IMG/VR virus record: IMGVR_UViG_3300036851_000176
Span: 64,001-128,000 of that record
DNA length: 64,000 nucleotides
Reading direction: 5' to 3' (one strand)
From: a virus
A program made the translations under genes and the position numbers. A model generated the notes under the pieces. That model made no database searches, was not told where the DNA came from, and saw only the letters and a program-made list of their open reading frames with translations. Every line of letters begins with the position of its first letter. Within the stretch, counting starts at the first letter, position 1. Positions 30,177 to 39,187 of this stretch are shown piece by piece.

Positions 30177-31268
30177 TTACGCGACTGTCGCAGCGATCAC
30201 TGCGTCCGGGTAGTTCAGGCGCGGGATGCGCGCGCTGGACGCCCGAAGGTAGTGAGTCCGCGACATTCCGTCGAGAAGCACCTCGGCCTGGAAGCCCTGG
30301 CGATTCTCTGTCTTGTTCCAGTCCGTCAGGACCATGACCTGGCCGTCCAGGGTCTGCGCGATCGGCACACCCTCGATTGCCAGCGGGCCGAGCACGAGCA
30401 CCTTGTTGTCGGGCAGGTACTTCGTGAGCGACGGCCGACCGACGCCAGCCTCGCCCTCTGCTCGGTATCCGTTGTCGTAGATCGTGATGTCCTGGTTGAC
30501 CGCGAACGACGTGAACATCTCCAGGATGTCCTGCTTGCGTGGGCGCTGGATCGGTGCCGCGCCCTGCGCGAAGAAGTTGATCGTGTTGATGATCTTCGTG
30601 TTGCGGATCAGGTAGTCGAACGTCTTCGAGGTCATGTACAGATGGCGCGCGTAGAAGCCCGCGTCGTCTGCCATGAGTTCCGACCACGTCTGGATGTCGG
30701 CGACCGGATCGGCCGTCGCGACCTGACTCCATCGAGCACCTGCCGTCAGGGTTGGCAGGTGGTCAGCGGCCACGTCGTAGTCCACCTGGAGAGTGTTACC
30801 TCCGGGGTACGTGATCGTGAGCTTGCCGTTGAGCAGCATGTCCCAACGCATCGCCTCTGTGAGGCGCTCGTTGCGGAGCCGGAGAATGCGCCCACGCTCG
30901 ACCAGTTCGACACCGGCCGACCGCAGAACGTTCTCGTCGTCGCTCTCGAGCTTCATCCACTCTTCCTCCTCGATGGGGTGGATCTCTTCGAGGATGACGA
31001 GTCCGATGATCTTCTCCTGCCACGACAGCTCGGGGCTGTACACGGCAGGCGAACCGTCGGGAGCGCGGAACTGCCCAACGCCGAACGGCTTCAGCTCGCG
31101 CACGCGCTGCTTGACCGTCCGCGTCGTGACGCTCTTGTTGGGAGCGAGGGTCTCACCGAGACGAGTCTCGGCATCCTCCGCCGCCCCGGGATCGCGGCCA
31201 GCCGCCGGACGAGTGATCTCCTCCGTCAGCGCTGCCTGATCCCATACGTCAAACACTTGCATAGGCAT
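30177..31268 (-). CDS. major capsid protein (lambda gpE-like family)
   Basis: 363 aa, WS..TADPVADIQ, YDNGY, YLPDNKV, IPRL..PDA. Confidence 0.88.
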   Translation of the reverse strand: MPMQVFDVWDQAALTEEITRPAAGRDPGAAEDAETRLGETLAPNKSVTTRTVKQRVRELKPFGVGQFRAPDGSPAVYSPELSWQEKIIGLVILEEIHPIEEEEWMKLESDDENVLRSAGVELVERGRILRLRNERLTEAMRWDMLLNGKLTITYPGGNTLQVDYDVAADHLPTLTAGARWSQVATADPVADIQTWSELMADDAGFYARHLYMTSKTFDYLIRNTKIINTINFFAQGAAPIQRPRKQDILEMFTSFAVNQDITIYDNGYRAEGEAGVGRPSLTKYLPDNKVLVLGPLAIEGVPIAQTLDGQVMVLTDWNKTENRQGFQAEVLLDGMSRTHYLRASSARIPRLNYPDAVIAATVA

Positions 31269-31291
31269 GGTTGTTCACACCTCCTTTCGGG

Positions 31292-31759
31292 TTACGAGAG
31301 CGGCGAACCGCTCGGGTCATGTGCGAGGAACTCGCACGTTGGGAGCGCGGTGGCAGCGCGGGTCACAGCGGGGCTGTTCTCCGACACTTCGACTCCACCT
31401 GCGATCTTGAGCTTCGACACGTCGAACGAGACCAGACGGTAGAACGCTCCGAAAGGCTCGTCGCCCTCCGTGACGTTCCCTGCAAGGTCCACGTTCTCGA
31501 TCAGCACGCCGACGATCTCGGCAGCGCTGTCTCCAGCGGAGTTGTCTCCGCCGTAGGCCGTCACCTTGCCATCCCGTGTCGAGTTGACGAGGATCGTGCC
31601 TGCCGGAGCGAAGAAGCGCGAGCCGTCAGTCGGCGACGCGAACGCACCGTCGTCCGTGGCGTCGAGCACGACGTTCTTGCGAGGCGTGCCCACCGGCGCC
31701 GCGAAACGCAGCGGCGAAACGCTGCCGTAGCTTGCCTTCTTCACGATGTTTGCTGGCAT
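31292..31759 (-). CDS. head decoration protein
   Basis: APAGTIL, GVL..VDL; lies between scaffold and MCP. Confidence 0.75.
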   Translation of the reverse strand: MPANIVKKASYGSVSPLRFAAPVGTPRKNVVLDATDDGAFASPTDGSRFFAPAGTILVNSTRDGKVTAYGGDNSAGDSAAEIVGVLIENVDLAGNVTEGDEPFGAFYRLVSFDVSKLKIAGGVEVSENSPAVTRAATALPTCEFLAHDPSGSPLS

Positions 31760-31779
31760 TTGGACTTACCTCCTTTCGA

Positions 31780-34389
31780 TTACTCGGACTTCTTCTCTGC
31801 CTTCGCCTCGGCCTCGGCCTTGGCGACAGCCTCGTCGGACGACAGGCCCTCCTCCAGGAAGAGCTGGCGTGCCCGACGCTGAACGTCAGCCGAAAGTTCG
31901 ACCTCTTCGGTCGTCTCCTCGGGCTTCGTTCCCTCGGTCGTGTCCTTGTCCGTGACCTGCTTGTCTTCCAGGTTCACGGCCCCACTGAGATCGACGAGAG
32001 CCTCGACCACATCGGACAGCGTGAGTCCGGTCGTCTTGGACTTCGGATCGTCGGAGAGCGTGATCTTGCCCTCGGACTTCGATCCCGGAACCTCGGCGAT
32101 CACCGTTCCGTCGTCGGCGAGCATGAACGCCTCGGCCGCTGCGAGAATGGCAGGAGCCTTCTTCTCCTCTGCCCACTCGCTCAGCTTCGCCTCCACCTTC
32201 GCCTTCTTCTGGGACTCCTTGAGCGCCTCGCGCTCTTCCAGAGCCGCGCGGATCTCGTCCTCCGAGAGTCCGAACGTCTCCACGTAGTCCACCGTTGCTT
32301 CGTCTGGCATTTCGTTACCTCCCTCCGATGCAGTCGATGTCACCTCCTGACTCAGTAGAACCAGAAGGTTCTCGCGGGTCAGTCTTGCGTCGCTCATGTT
32401 CACCTTGACGCCGTACTTCTTCAGCGCGGCGCGGATGCGAGCCTTGATCTTGCTGAGTTGCCCGCTGCTGTACTGCGCAGCGTTCTGTGCCTGGTTGATG
32501 TACGACCAGGCGGCTCGACAGTGCTGCTCGGTGTCGAGCGGGTATCGCTTCTTGCCGTCCTTCTGGTAACCGGGGTCGGCGTACTTCACGTCGCCGTACG
32601 GTTTCTTCGGGTCGGCGGCGAGATCAGCCTTCTCTTCGGATTCCTCGGTCTCCTCAGCAGCGGCCTCTTCCTCTGCTTCGGTCACCTCAGTCTCCTCAGC
32701 GACAACTTCCTCGCCCTCCGGGGCCTTCTCTTCGTCAGAGAGTTCGACATCCGCCTTACCCTCAGCGGCCCCGTCGTCCGTCTTCTCGACCTCCTTCTCC
32801 TCGGGCTTCTCTTCGGCGAGCATCGCCTCCAATTCCTCGTCGGAGATTTCGGTCACTTCCTCTGAGAACGTCACGACTGTCTTCACCTCCTCATCAGTTG
32901 CGGCCATACCGAAGGGCTTCATCCCACTCAGCCACGGCCGGTTCGTGAGCGCGACGTGTTCGAGCACGGCGTTGAAACGCTTGCCGTCTTCCTTACGCGG
33001 GTAGTCGAAGAGGACTCCTGCGCTGGTGTTGGCGATCGTTCCGTTCTGTGCCTTGCCCTTCACGTCAGGCTCCGTGAAGTCATGCGCCGCCTGAAGCGTC
33101 ACACGACCCTTTCCATCCTTCTTGAGCCGCAGCCCTCGGATGAAACCTGTATTTTCGAGAACTTTGTTGTCGTGCGATGTCGGGATCGTGACATGCTCAA
33201 CCGCCCCGTCCTCGTAATTCTTGAGCAACTCGCTCATCGAGATGACGAGCTTCGCGGGATCAGACTTGCCCTTCGCAATTACCGTGATCGGCTTCGAAAC
33301 CGGGCGCTGTCCAGGGCCAGGAGACAACTTCCACCTGCCCTCGCGCATGATCGTCTTCCAGATGTACCCATCCTTGTCCGCAGCGAGTTCGATTTCTCCG
33401 CGCGCGGTCTTATCATCGAAGAAGAACTCTCCCATCCATGGCTCGTCGTCCGACAGGCTCATTCCCATCGCGCGTGCCGGGTGGGGAGCCTTGTCGAGCG
33501 CCTTGTCCGCTCGATCCTTGGCAATGAGACCGTGGATGCGGCGGAAAATGTCCTTCATCTCGAACCGATCGCTGTCATCGGTCTCGACCTTCAAGTAGGA
33601 CAAAGCCGCGTCGGCGACGTGCTGAAGGATCTGGATGTTCGTCTCGGCAGCGAGATTCACACGCTCGGCAGATTCGGAGAGCAGCGTTTCGACCTTCTCC
33701 TCGTCGAGCGACTCGACGAACTTTGCGAGGTCGGTGTACTCCTCTTCTGTCCAGTCGAAATATTCGCTCAGAACAACCGGCTTCATCTTGGACTCCGCCT
33801 CCGCGCTCTTGCGCCAAGCGGTCGAGTGGTAGATGAGATCCTTGATGATTCCGGCATACCGCTGAGCATTCTCCTCTCCGAACTCTTCCTTGTAGTCGGC
33901 GAAGCACTGAGCAAATGGGTGCGAGAACTTAGCGTAGTAACGGAGCAGCGGGAGCAATTTCTGGTAGTCCTCCGCGCTCACGTTCGCCGTTCCGGGACTG
34001 AAGCCGCCCTGGAGGTTCTCGGCGCTGTACTTCTGGAAGTCTTCATCGCTCAGATCCACTTCGAGAGACACGATCGGGTCTTCGATCTCCGAGAGGCGGG
34101 CCTTTGCCGCGCGACTTGCTGCGGCCTTCGCCTTCAGCGCCTCCCACTCAGCGACAGCCTTGAGTGCCGCCGCGCGAGTCTCGGGCTTGACGTTTCCTCC
34201 GCCGCGCGCCCATCGCTTCACGGTGTTGATCGCCGTAGCGATGGCTCGCGATTCCGTCATACCCTTCTTCTTCAGCTCGTTGGCGATGTGCTGAATGTAG
34301 GCAGGAAGTTGCCAACCTTTGTGCTTCCACAGGGGCTTGGTGCCTACTGGCTCGTGGATCGTGGCTTTGGCGAGACTGCCTACTGCCAT
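31780..34389 (-). CDS. capsid maturation protease/scaffold fusion
   Basis: LEHVALTNRPWL protease motif, acidic scaffold tail, YADPGYQ.DGKKRYPLDT domain. Confidence 0.85.
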   Translation of the reverse strand: MAVGSLAKATIHEPVGTKPLWKHKGWQLPAYIQHIANELKKKGMTESRAIATAINTVKRWARGGGNVKPETRAAALKAVAEWEALKAKAAASRAAKARLSEIEDPIVSLEVDLSDEDFQKYSAENLQGGFSPGTANVSAEDYQKLLPLLRYYAKFSHPFAQCFADYKEEFGEENAQRYAGIIKDLIYHSTAWRKSAEAESKMKPVVLSEYFDWTEEEYTDLAKFVESLDEEKVETLLSESAERVNLAAETNIQILQHVADAALSYLKVETDDSDRFEMKDIFRRIHGLIAKDRADKALDKAPHPARAMGMSLSDDEPWMGEFFFDDKTARGEIELAADKDGYIWKTIMREGRWKLSPGPGQRPVSKPITVIAKGKSDPAKLVISMSELLKNYEDGAVEHVTIPTSHDNKVLENTGFIRGLRLKKDGKGRVTLQAAHDFTEPDVKGKAQNGTIANTSAGVLFDYPRKEDGKRFNAVLEHVALTNRPWLSGMKPFGMAATDEEVKTVVTFSEEVTEISDEELEAMLAEEKPEEKEVEKTDDGAAEGKADVELSDEEKAPEGEEVVAEETEVTEAEEEAAAEETEESEEKADLAADPKKPYGDVKYADPGYQKDGKKRYPLDTEQHCRAAWSYINQAQNAAQYSSGQLSKIKARIRAALKKYGVKVNMSDARLTRENLLVLLSQEVTSTASEGGNEMPDEATVDYVETFGLSEDEIRAALEEREALKESQKKAKVEAKLSEWAEEKKAPAILAAAEAFMLADDGTVIAEVPGSKSEGKITLSDDPKSKTTGLTLSDVVEALVDLSGAVNLEDKQVTDKDTTEGTKPEETTEEVELSADVQRRARQLFLEEGLSSDEAVAKAEAEAKAEKKSE

Positions 34390-34574
34390 CAGAGCGCCTC
34401 CCTTCCTAGGAGCCATTCCTTGATGATCTCTTCATCGATGCAAGGCGCAAACTGCCAACGACAGTGTGGGCACTTGTAGATGGGAGTTGTCTCCCTCGCG
34501 TATTCTTCGATCATTCGCATGCGGGTGTACTGAAGAACATCGTGCTGCTGCTTGCATCGAGGGCAGCGCATCAT
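34389..34574 (-). CDS. small Zn-ribbon protein
   Basis: CPRC...CPHC. Confidence 0.65.
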   Translation of the reverse strand: MMRCPRCKQQHDVLQYTRMRMIEEYARETTPIYKCPHCRWQFAPCIDEEIIKEWLLGREAL

Positions 34575-34755
34575 TCGCCCTTCGATCAGTGGGCGGCGGG
34601 GGCGTGCTGGTGACTGGCCGTCCGTCGCCACTAGCCCAATGTAACCATTAGAGGGTATTTCTGGCTGGATTTGGCAAGGGTTCGCGCAGGTAACAGACAG
34701 TTTCCTGCTTATCTTGTCAACCCGGACAATTTCACCTACGATTCGAAGTGGTAAA

Positions 34756-35109
34756 ATGATCGACGTGCCCCCTAAGGATCTGACGCGATGCCGCAAAGGT
34801 CATCGCAAGGCTCAAACAAGCGGTCGGTGTCGTCAGTGCAAGCGAGAAGCCGACCTTCGCTATCGCCATTCCGAGAAAGGTAGGGCGCAGAGGGCTGTCT
34901 ACGAACAAAGCGAGACGGGGAAGACTCGCAAGGCTCGTTTTCGATCTACCGAGACCAATGCCGTCATCCAGTCCCGGTACAGTCATTCCGAGAAAGGGCA
35001 TGCTCGCAGGGCGCGCTACCAACACAGCGATAAGGGACACGCGACGGCAAGCAGATTTCAACAGTCTGAGCGGGGGCGAAACATCGCCGCTCGAAATCGA
35101 CACAAGTAA
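34756..35109 (+). CDS. basic repeat protein (HNH N-terminal-like)
   Basis: CRQC followed by repeated ~13 aa Y/F-xxSEKG units. Confidence 0.65.
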   Translation: MIDVPPKDLTRCRKGHRKAQTSGRCRQCKREADLRYRHSEKGRAQRAVYEQSETGKTRKARFRSTETNAVIQSRYSHSEKGHARRARYQHSDKGHATASRFQQSERGRNIAARNRHK

Positions 35110-35118
35110 GGAGGTCTA

Positions 35119-36243
35119 GTGGCTGAAACAAGACAGTGCGGTAAGTGTCGAGAAGACAAGCCCGTGACCGACTTCGACGACACGCGAGTGTCCAACGGAG
35201 TCAGTCGCAAGTGTGAGGCTTGCTACGAAGCAGAGGGCAGAGGCCGACGACCGAACGTCGCCGAGCCAAGCGAGATCGAGAAGTCAACTCTCGAAGCCCT
35301 CAAGAAGCTGGGAGATACGGCGTCAATCGAAGAGATCGCCGACTACGCCGACATCGCGCCGAAGCGAGTGCGCGAGGCTCTGGAATCCCTTGGGCATCAA
35401 GGATTCCGTCTGGAGCACGAGGGAGATCACAAGGTTACCCTCCAGAAAGTCCCCCGACCGAGCACCATGGAGCACAAGGTGCTGTTCAAGGGCGAGACCT
35501 ATCGGTTCGCCATCATCTCCGACGTACACCTCAACTCGAAGCACTGCCGACTCGATGAACTCCACATCGCGTATGACATGGTGGCCTCCGAAGGAATCTC
35601 CGACGTGTACAACCCGGGAGACATCGTGGCCGGTCGCGGCATCTTCAAGGGCCAGGACCACGAGATCATCAACCACACGTTCGAGGCACAGAAATCGTTT
35701 GCGATCGAGAACTACCCGGTGCGTGATGGGGTCACGACCTACATCATCTCCGGGAACCACGACTGCGAAGGCGACTTCGGCAAGGCCGGAGCCGATGCCT
35801 GCCTCGGAGTGGCAAACGAGCGCGAGGACCTGATCTGGGGCGGAATGTATGCCGCCGACTATGTTCTCCCGAACGGAGCCGTGATGACGATGCGGCACCC
35901 GATGGGCGGATCGTCCTACGCGAAGTCGTACAAACCTCAGAAGTTCGCTGAATCGTTCGAGGGCGGCACGAAGCCCGCGATCGTCCTCTTCGGCCACTGG
36001 CACAACTTCGAGGTCGGTTTCCACCGCAACGTGTACATGATCAACTGCGGCACCTTCGAGGGATACGGCGGGACCTTGGGTCTCCGCGTTCCTCTCGGAG
36101 CGCCCGCTGTCGGCTTCACGATCGCCGAAGCAACTCTCGGCGATGACGGATCACTCGTCCGCTTCAAGCACGAGTGGTTCCCGTTCTACGCGGGCCGACG
36201 CATGGGCAAAGGAAAGAGCCGTTCCGGCCGCAAGGCTGCGTAG
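35119..36243 (+). CDS. HTH + calcineurin-like metallophosphoesterase
   Basis: SDVH, GDIV, SGNHD, MRHP, GHWH. Confidence 0.88.
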   Translation: MAETRQCGKCREDKPVTDFDDTRVSNGVSRKCEACYEAEGRGRRPNVAEPSEIEKSTLEALKKLGDTASIEEIADYADIAPKRVREALESLGHQGFRLEHEGDHKVTLQKVPRPSTMEHKVLFKGETYRFAIISDVHLNSKHCRLDELHIAYDMVASEGISDVYNPGDIVAGRGIFKGQDHEIINHTFEAQKSFAIENYPVRDGVTTYIISGNHDCEGDFGKAGADACLGVANEREDLIWGGMYAADYVLPNGAVMTMRHPMGGSSYAKSYKPQKFAESFEGGTKPAIVLFGHWHNFEVGFHRNVYMINCGTFEGYGGTLGLRVPLGAPAVGFTIAEATLGDDGSLVRFKHEWFPFYAGRRMGKGKSRSGRKAA

Positions 36244-36641
36244 TGGGCGGTCTATCCATCCCCGACCGGATTCTCAGTGAGGATGCCACCGAAAGGTGGT
36301 GTCCTTGCTGTGAGACCTGGAAGTTGATGGACCGCCAGCACTTCTATGTCGCCTCGAACACGAAAGCAGGATTTCGTCGGACGTGCAAGGCGTGCCAGAA
36401 ATTGAAAGATGCACGCAATCGACATCTCGAATACAACGGGTATGTCTACATGAATAGAGTCCGGCCGTGGCTGCGCGCTCTCGTCGAGAAACTCGGCTTC
36501 ACCGGTGCAGCCGAAGCCCTCGGCGTCTGGAAAGGCCAATTGGCCGGATGGATGAGCAAGCGCCGCAGACGTATCCAGCGGCGCAACGCGGCCCGCATTC
36601 TCCGCGTGTGCGGAGAGCATGGGATTCGCATCGCTGTTTAG
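36243..36641 (+). CDS. Zn-finger/HTH DNA-binding protein
   Basis: CPCC..CKAC, GAAEALGV. Confidence 0.65.
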   Translation: MGGLSIPDRILSEDATERWCPCCETWKLMDRQHFYVASNTKAGFRRTCKACQKLKDARNRHLEYNGYVYMNRVRPWLRALVEKLGFTGAAEALGVWKGQLAGWMSKRRRRIQRRNAARILRVCGEHGIRIAV

Positions 36642-36642
36642 G

Positions 36643-36713
36643 CTGGCACGGAAGGAATCGAACCTTCATCACTCGGTTAACAGCCGAGGGTTTTACCGTT
36701 AAACTACACGCCA
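36643..36713 (-). tRNA. tRNA-Asn(GTT)
   Basis: cloverleaf, CTCGG-CTGTTAA-CCGAG, GGTTCGATTCC. Confidence 0.9.
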
Positions 36714-36803
36714 TCGATTTACTGCTGTCGCAGTAGTTATTTCGTCAAACCGGCCAATTCCCTGGTCCAGGAAATTAGCCTTCGTGCAACGTTTCCGTTC
36801 AAA

Positions 36804-36879
36804 TGGGGGGTCGCCAGGGACTTGCACCCTGCTCAACCAGAGTCACAGTCTGGGATCTCGCTGCCTAGATTTACGACCC
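36804..36879 (-). tRNA. tRNA-His(GTG)
   Basis: CCAGA-CTGTGAC-TCTGG, C73-CCA, T-loop TGCAAGT. Confidence 0.85.
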
Positions 36880-36881
36880 AG

Positions 36882-36950
36882 CTGGAGAGGCAGGGGTCGA
36901 ACCTGCGCTACGAGGTTCAGAGCCTCGCTGTCTACCATTAACACCCTCCA
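36882..36950 (-). tRNA. tRNA-Gln(CTG)
   Basis: CGAGG-CTCTGAA-CCTCG. Confidence 0.85.
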
Positions 36951-37043
36951 ATGTAGGGAGACCACTCGCTTCCCACCCCGGCTTGGAGACCCCGGTTTGA
37001 TGGGGGTTTATCCTCACGGGCCTTAGCCTTGTCCGTCTCCCAG

Positions 37044-37114
37044 TGGACCGAGAAGGAGTTGAACCTTCACCTCCCGCGCTTCAAGCGGGCGCTCTACCTC
37101 TGAGCTACCAGTCC
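37044..37114 (-). tRNA. tRNA-Phe(GAA)
   Basis: CCCGC-TTGAAGC-GCGGG. Confidence 0.88.
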
Positions 37115-37126
37115 ATGTCTTGCTAG

Positions 37127-37195
37127 CGGGCCAGGAAGGAATCGAACCCTCTCCTAACGGGTTGGAGCCGTTTTGGACACCATGTCCTCTCGCCC
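37127..37195 (-). tRNA. tRNA-Trp(CCA)
   Basis: AACGG-CTCCAAC-CCGTT. Confidence 0.85.
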
Positions 37196-37262
37196 AAGTT
37201 GGACGATCGTGCGCACCGGGGGAATGCTCTTATCACCGGTGCCCAGTGCGCGCGTCGTCCGA

Positions 37263-37335
37263 TCAGGCTGAGAGGATTCGAACCTCTACCGCTCGCTCCC
37301 AAAGCGACCGTGCTGCCGTTGAACACTACAGCCTG
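37263..37335 (-). tRNA. tRNA-Pro(TGG)
   Basis: TCGC-TTTGGGA-GCGA, C1-G72. Confidence 0.9.
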
Positions 37336-37408
37336 TTGTGACTGTCTTCGCGGCTCGAACTTCGGTGCTTATGTGATGGTGCTTGAAGAGAGACGCGCAG
37401 ACAGCGAA

Positions 37409-37471
37409 TTAGACCCCTGGAAACCAGGGGGTATTCGGCTGATGCTGTTGCGATGTCATCTCGATCTTCAT
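37409..37471 (-). CDS. putative leader peptide MKIEMTSQQHQPNTPWFPGV of the Pro/Trp/Phe/Gln/His/Asn tRNA operon
   Basis: ATG 10 nt after -10 box; residues match downstream tRNAs. Confidence 0.75.
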   Translation of the reverse strand: MKIEMTSQQHQPNTPWFPGV

Positions 37472-37481
37472 TGCGCCACCA

Positions 37482-37510
37482 ACGTTACATGAATGGTCGT
37501 GGTCTGTCAA
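37482..37510 (-). promoter_or_regulatory. promoter, tRNA operon 4
   Basis: TTGACA-N17-TAACGT. Confidence 0.75.
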
Positions 37511-37511
37511 G

Positions 37512-37661
37512 CCGAGGCCGCTTGCTCAACCGCCAGTTTCCCAAGCGGCTCAGCGAAGCGGCCCAACACAAGGCCGATATTCCCAGTCGCCGCTGACACG
37601 GCTCCTGACTGCCTCGGATCCGGTGTCAGCCGGAGAGCCGAGCGGGCGCTTGCGCCTCGGA
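37512..37661 (-). ncRNA. unassigned structured RNA
   Basis: Closing CCGAGGC/GCCTCGG; GCTGACAC/GTGTCAGC and GCCGCTT/AAGCGGC stems. Confidence 0.4.
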
Positions 37662-37667
37662 CACGCT

Positions 37668-37868
37668 TCAAACGTCTGGCATCGAGAGGAAGTCCTGGTA
37701 ACTCTCCTGCATGTCGGCCAAGCGTTCCTCGAAAAACTCCCGAATCTCTTCTTCGCTGGCGCGAGGGATCAGAGCAGCAAGGGCATGGTTCATCTCGTCC
37801 GCTGCGTACTCTCGTGTTCTGTCGGGGATCTTCATGATGTGGGGTGGCAGACTATTTGAACGGCTCAT
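37668..37868 (-). CDS. hypothetical protein
   Basis: 66 aa with GGAGG RBS. Confidence 0.55.
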   Translation of the reverse strand: MSRSNSLPPHIMKIPDRTREYAADEMNHALAALIPRASEEEIREFFEERLADMQESYQDFLSMPDV

Positions 37869-37963
37869 GTGATGCCTCCGCTTAGCGGCCTGCCAGCGAC
37901 CTTACGCACTGGTTCTGTTCCCACGCCAGCGTGCGCCCCGCGCGGCCCCGAAGGGCATTTCAG

Positions 37964-38283
37964 TGGAGCCGCCGGGTATCGAACCCGGGTCCGTCTCGTC
38001 CGTACAAACAGATCTTCTAGCAGCTTCGGGGTGGTATACGCCACCTCCACCAGGGCAGACCTTTGGTCTCCGCGTCACCGTTGAATGGGGTCGGTGTCCC
38101 GTCCTACTGGTACATCATCCCGGACTTCTGTTCCTACCGGCCGGGGCGGCGCTCGTGGCCGTTAAGCCGCGAGAGGAAGCACGTATGCTTCGTCGTTTCG
38201 TTTGCCCTCCGGGCCGGTGCGGTAGGCCGCAACCCGCTGCGATCTCCTTGCCGTTTTCGAGGCGTCGAATCCAATTCGGCCCC
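37964..38283 (-). ncRNA. ssrA: tmRNA
   Basis: 5' GGGGCCGAATTGGATTCGAC, 3' GACCCGGGTTCGATACCCGGCGGCTCCA (G3-U70), tag frame ...NDEAYVLPLAA*. Confidence 0.93.
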
Positions 38284-38290
38284 ACACGGG

Positions 38291-38318
38291 ACTATACACA
38301 TTCCGGGCGTTTTGTCAA
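38291..38318 (-). promoter_or_regulatory. tmRNA promoter
   Basis: TTGACA-N16-TATAGT with TG extension. Confidence 0.75.
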
Positions 38319-38572
38319 CCCACCTCGCGCCATATCCCTCGTTCGAGGTACCCGTGCCAGCCATCCTTGTTATCGGCCAACTTCTCCAGGATCGATGGAG
38401 AGACGGTCACGGTGCCGTCCTGGTGCTCGGTCACGTCCCATTCTTCGAGACGTGCGGGGCCAGATCCGTTCGGGAGGCAAACCCACAGGAATCTCGATGG
38501 GCCTCGGAAACAGTAGTCGCCCGCTTCGAGTTCCCACGGCAGCGTGTTATCTGGGCGTCGTCGTCCTTTCAT
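38315..38572 (-). CDS. DUF6527-like protein
   Basis: W..TEH.DGTVTVSPSIL..WHGYL..G.W. Confidence 0.65.
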   Translation of the reverse strand: MKGRRRPDNTLPWELEAGDYCFRGPSRFLWVCLPNGSGPARLEEWDVTEHQDGTVTVSPSILEKLADNKDGWHGYLERGIWREVG

Positions 38573-38774
38573 GTGTTTACCGCAGACGACCCGCGCAAGG
38601 CGGGTCGTCGCGAGACTCAGGATCACCTCCCCGTTAGAAGGGCCACTCTTCCTGTACGGCCACCGCTACGGGGAGGCCGTTGAGTCTTGCCACGTAGACC
38701 ACCTCCTTCCTCCAACAAGGTGAGTCTACCGCAAAGTTTTTGGGCACAAAACATTGCAGTGGTACGCTAAAGGG

Positions 38775-38912
38775 ATGCCAATCGACCCCGAAACTGGACG
38801 CTACTGGACGCCGCGCTATCGATCGAAGTTTGAGGCGGTTCGAACCGTTGCCTCGTGCGTGTCTGCGGTTGGAACGATCTTCGTTCTGCTCAGAGTTTTC
38901 GGCAAGATCTAA
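38775..38912 (+). CDS. small membrane protein
   Basis: Manual translation, 45 aa with C-terminal TM; promoter-like TTGGGC..TACGCT upstream. Confidence 0.45.
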   Translation: MPIDPETGRYWTPRYRSKFEAVRTVASCVSAVGTIFVLLRVFGKI

Positions 38913-38913
38913 G

Positions 38914-38998
38914 CGGCGGGTGAGGGGATCGAACCCCCACAGGTGTTACCCCATCACCGGGTTCAAGCCGGATAAGCACGCCAGCCATGCGACCCGCC
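38914..38998 (-). tRNA. tRNA-Ser(TGA)
   Basis: CCGG-CTTGAAC-CCGG, long V arm, G73. Confidence 0.85.
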
Positions 38999-39070
38999 GA
39001 GTGGACGATGTAACGCATTTTGCGTCACTCTGTCCATTCAAACCATTCCGCAATCGGAACAATTATGAAA

Positions 39071-39151
39071 TGCGCACCCCGGGATTCGAACCCGGACGCC
39101 TCGCGGCACCAGCCTCTCAGACTGGCGTGTCTACCGTTCCACCAGGCGCGC
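39071..39151 (-). tRNA. tRNA-Leu(GAG)
   Basis: CCAGT-CTGAGAG-GCTGG, long V arm. Confidence 0.9.
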
Positions 39152-39187
39152 AAGTGTCAAGTTTTATGGCAAGAAAACTTGACAAAG

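Noticed and set aside
30051-34479. Long + strand ORFs (463 aa, 507 aa) and similar antisense ORFs
   Set aside because: Shadow frames of GC3-biased - strand genes.
38914-38998. Selenocysteine or opal suppressor tRNA
   Set aside because: The anticodon is TGA (Ser, reads UCA), not TCA.
39155-39184. Perfect inverted repeat TGTCAAGTTTT/AAAACTTGACA (also 40690-40733)
   Set aside because: Most simply spacer processing hairpins; the embedded TTGACA has no suitable -10.
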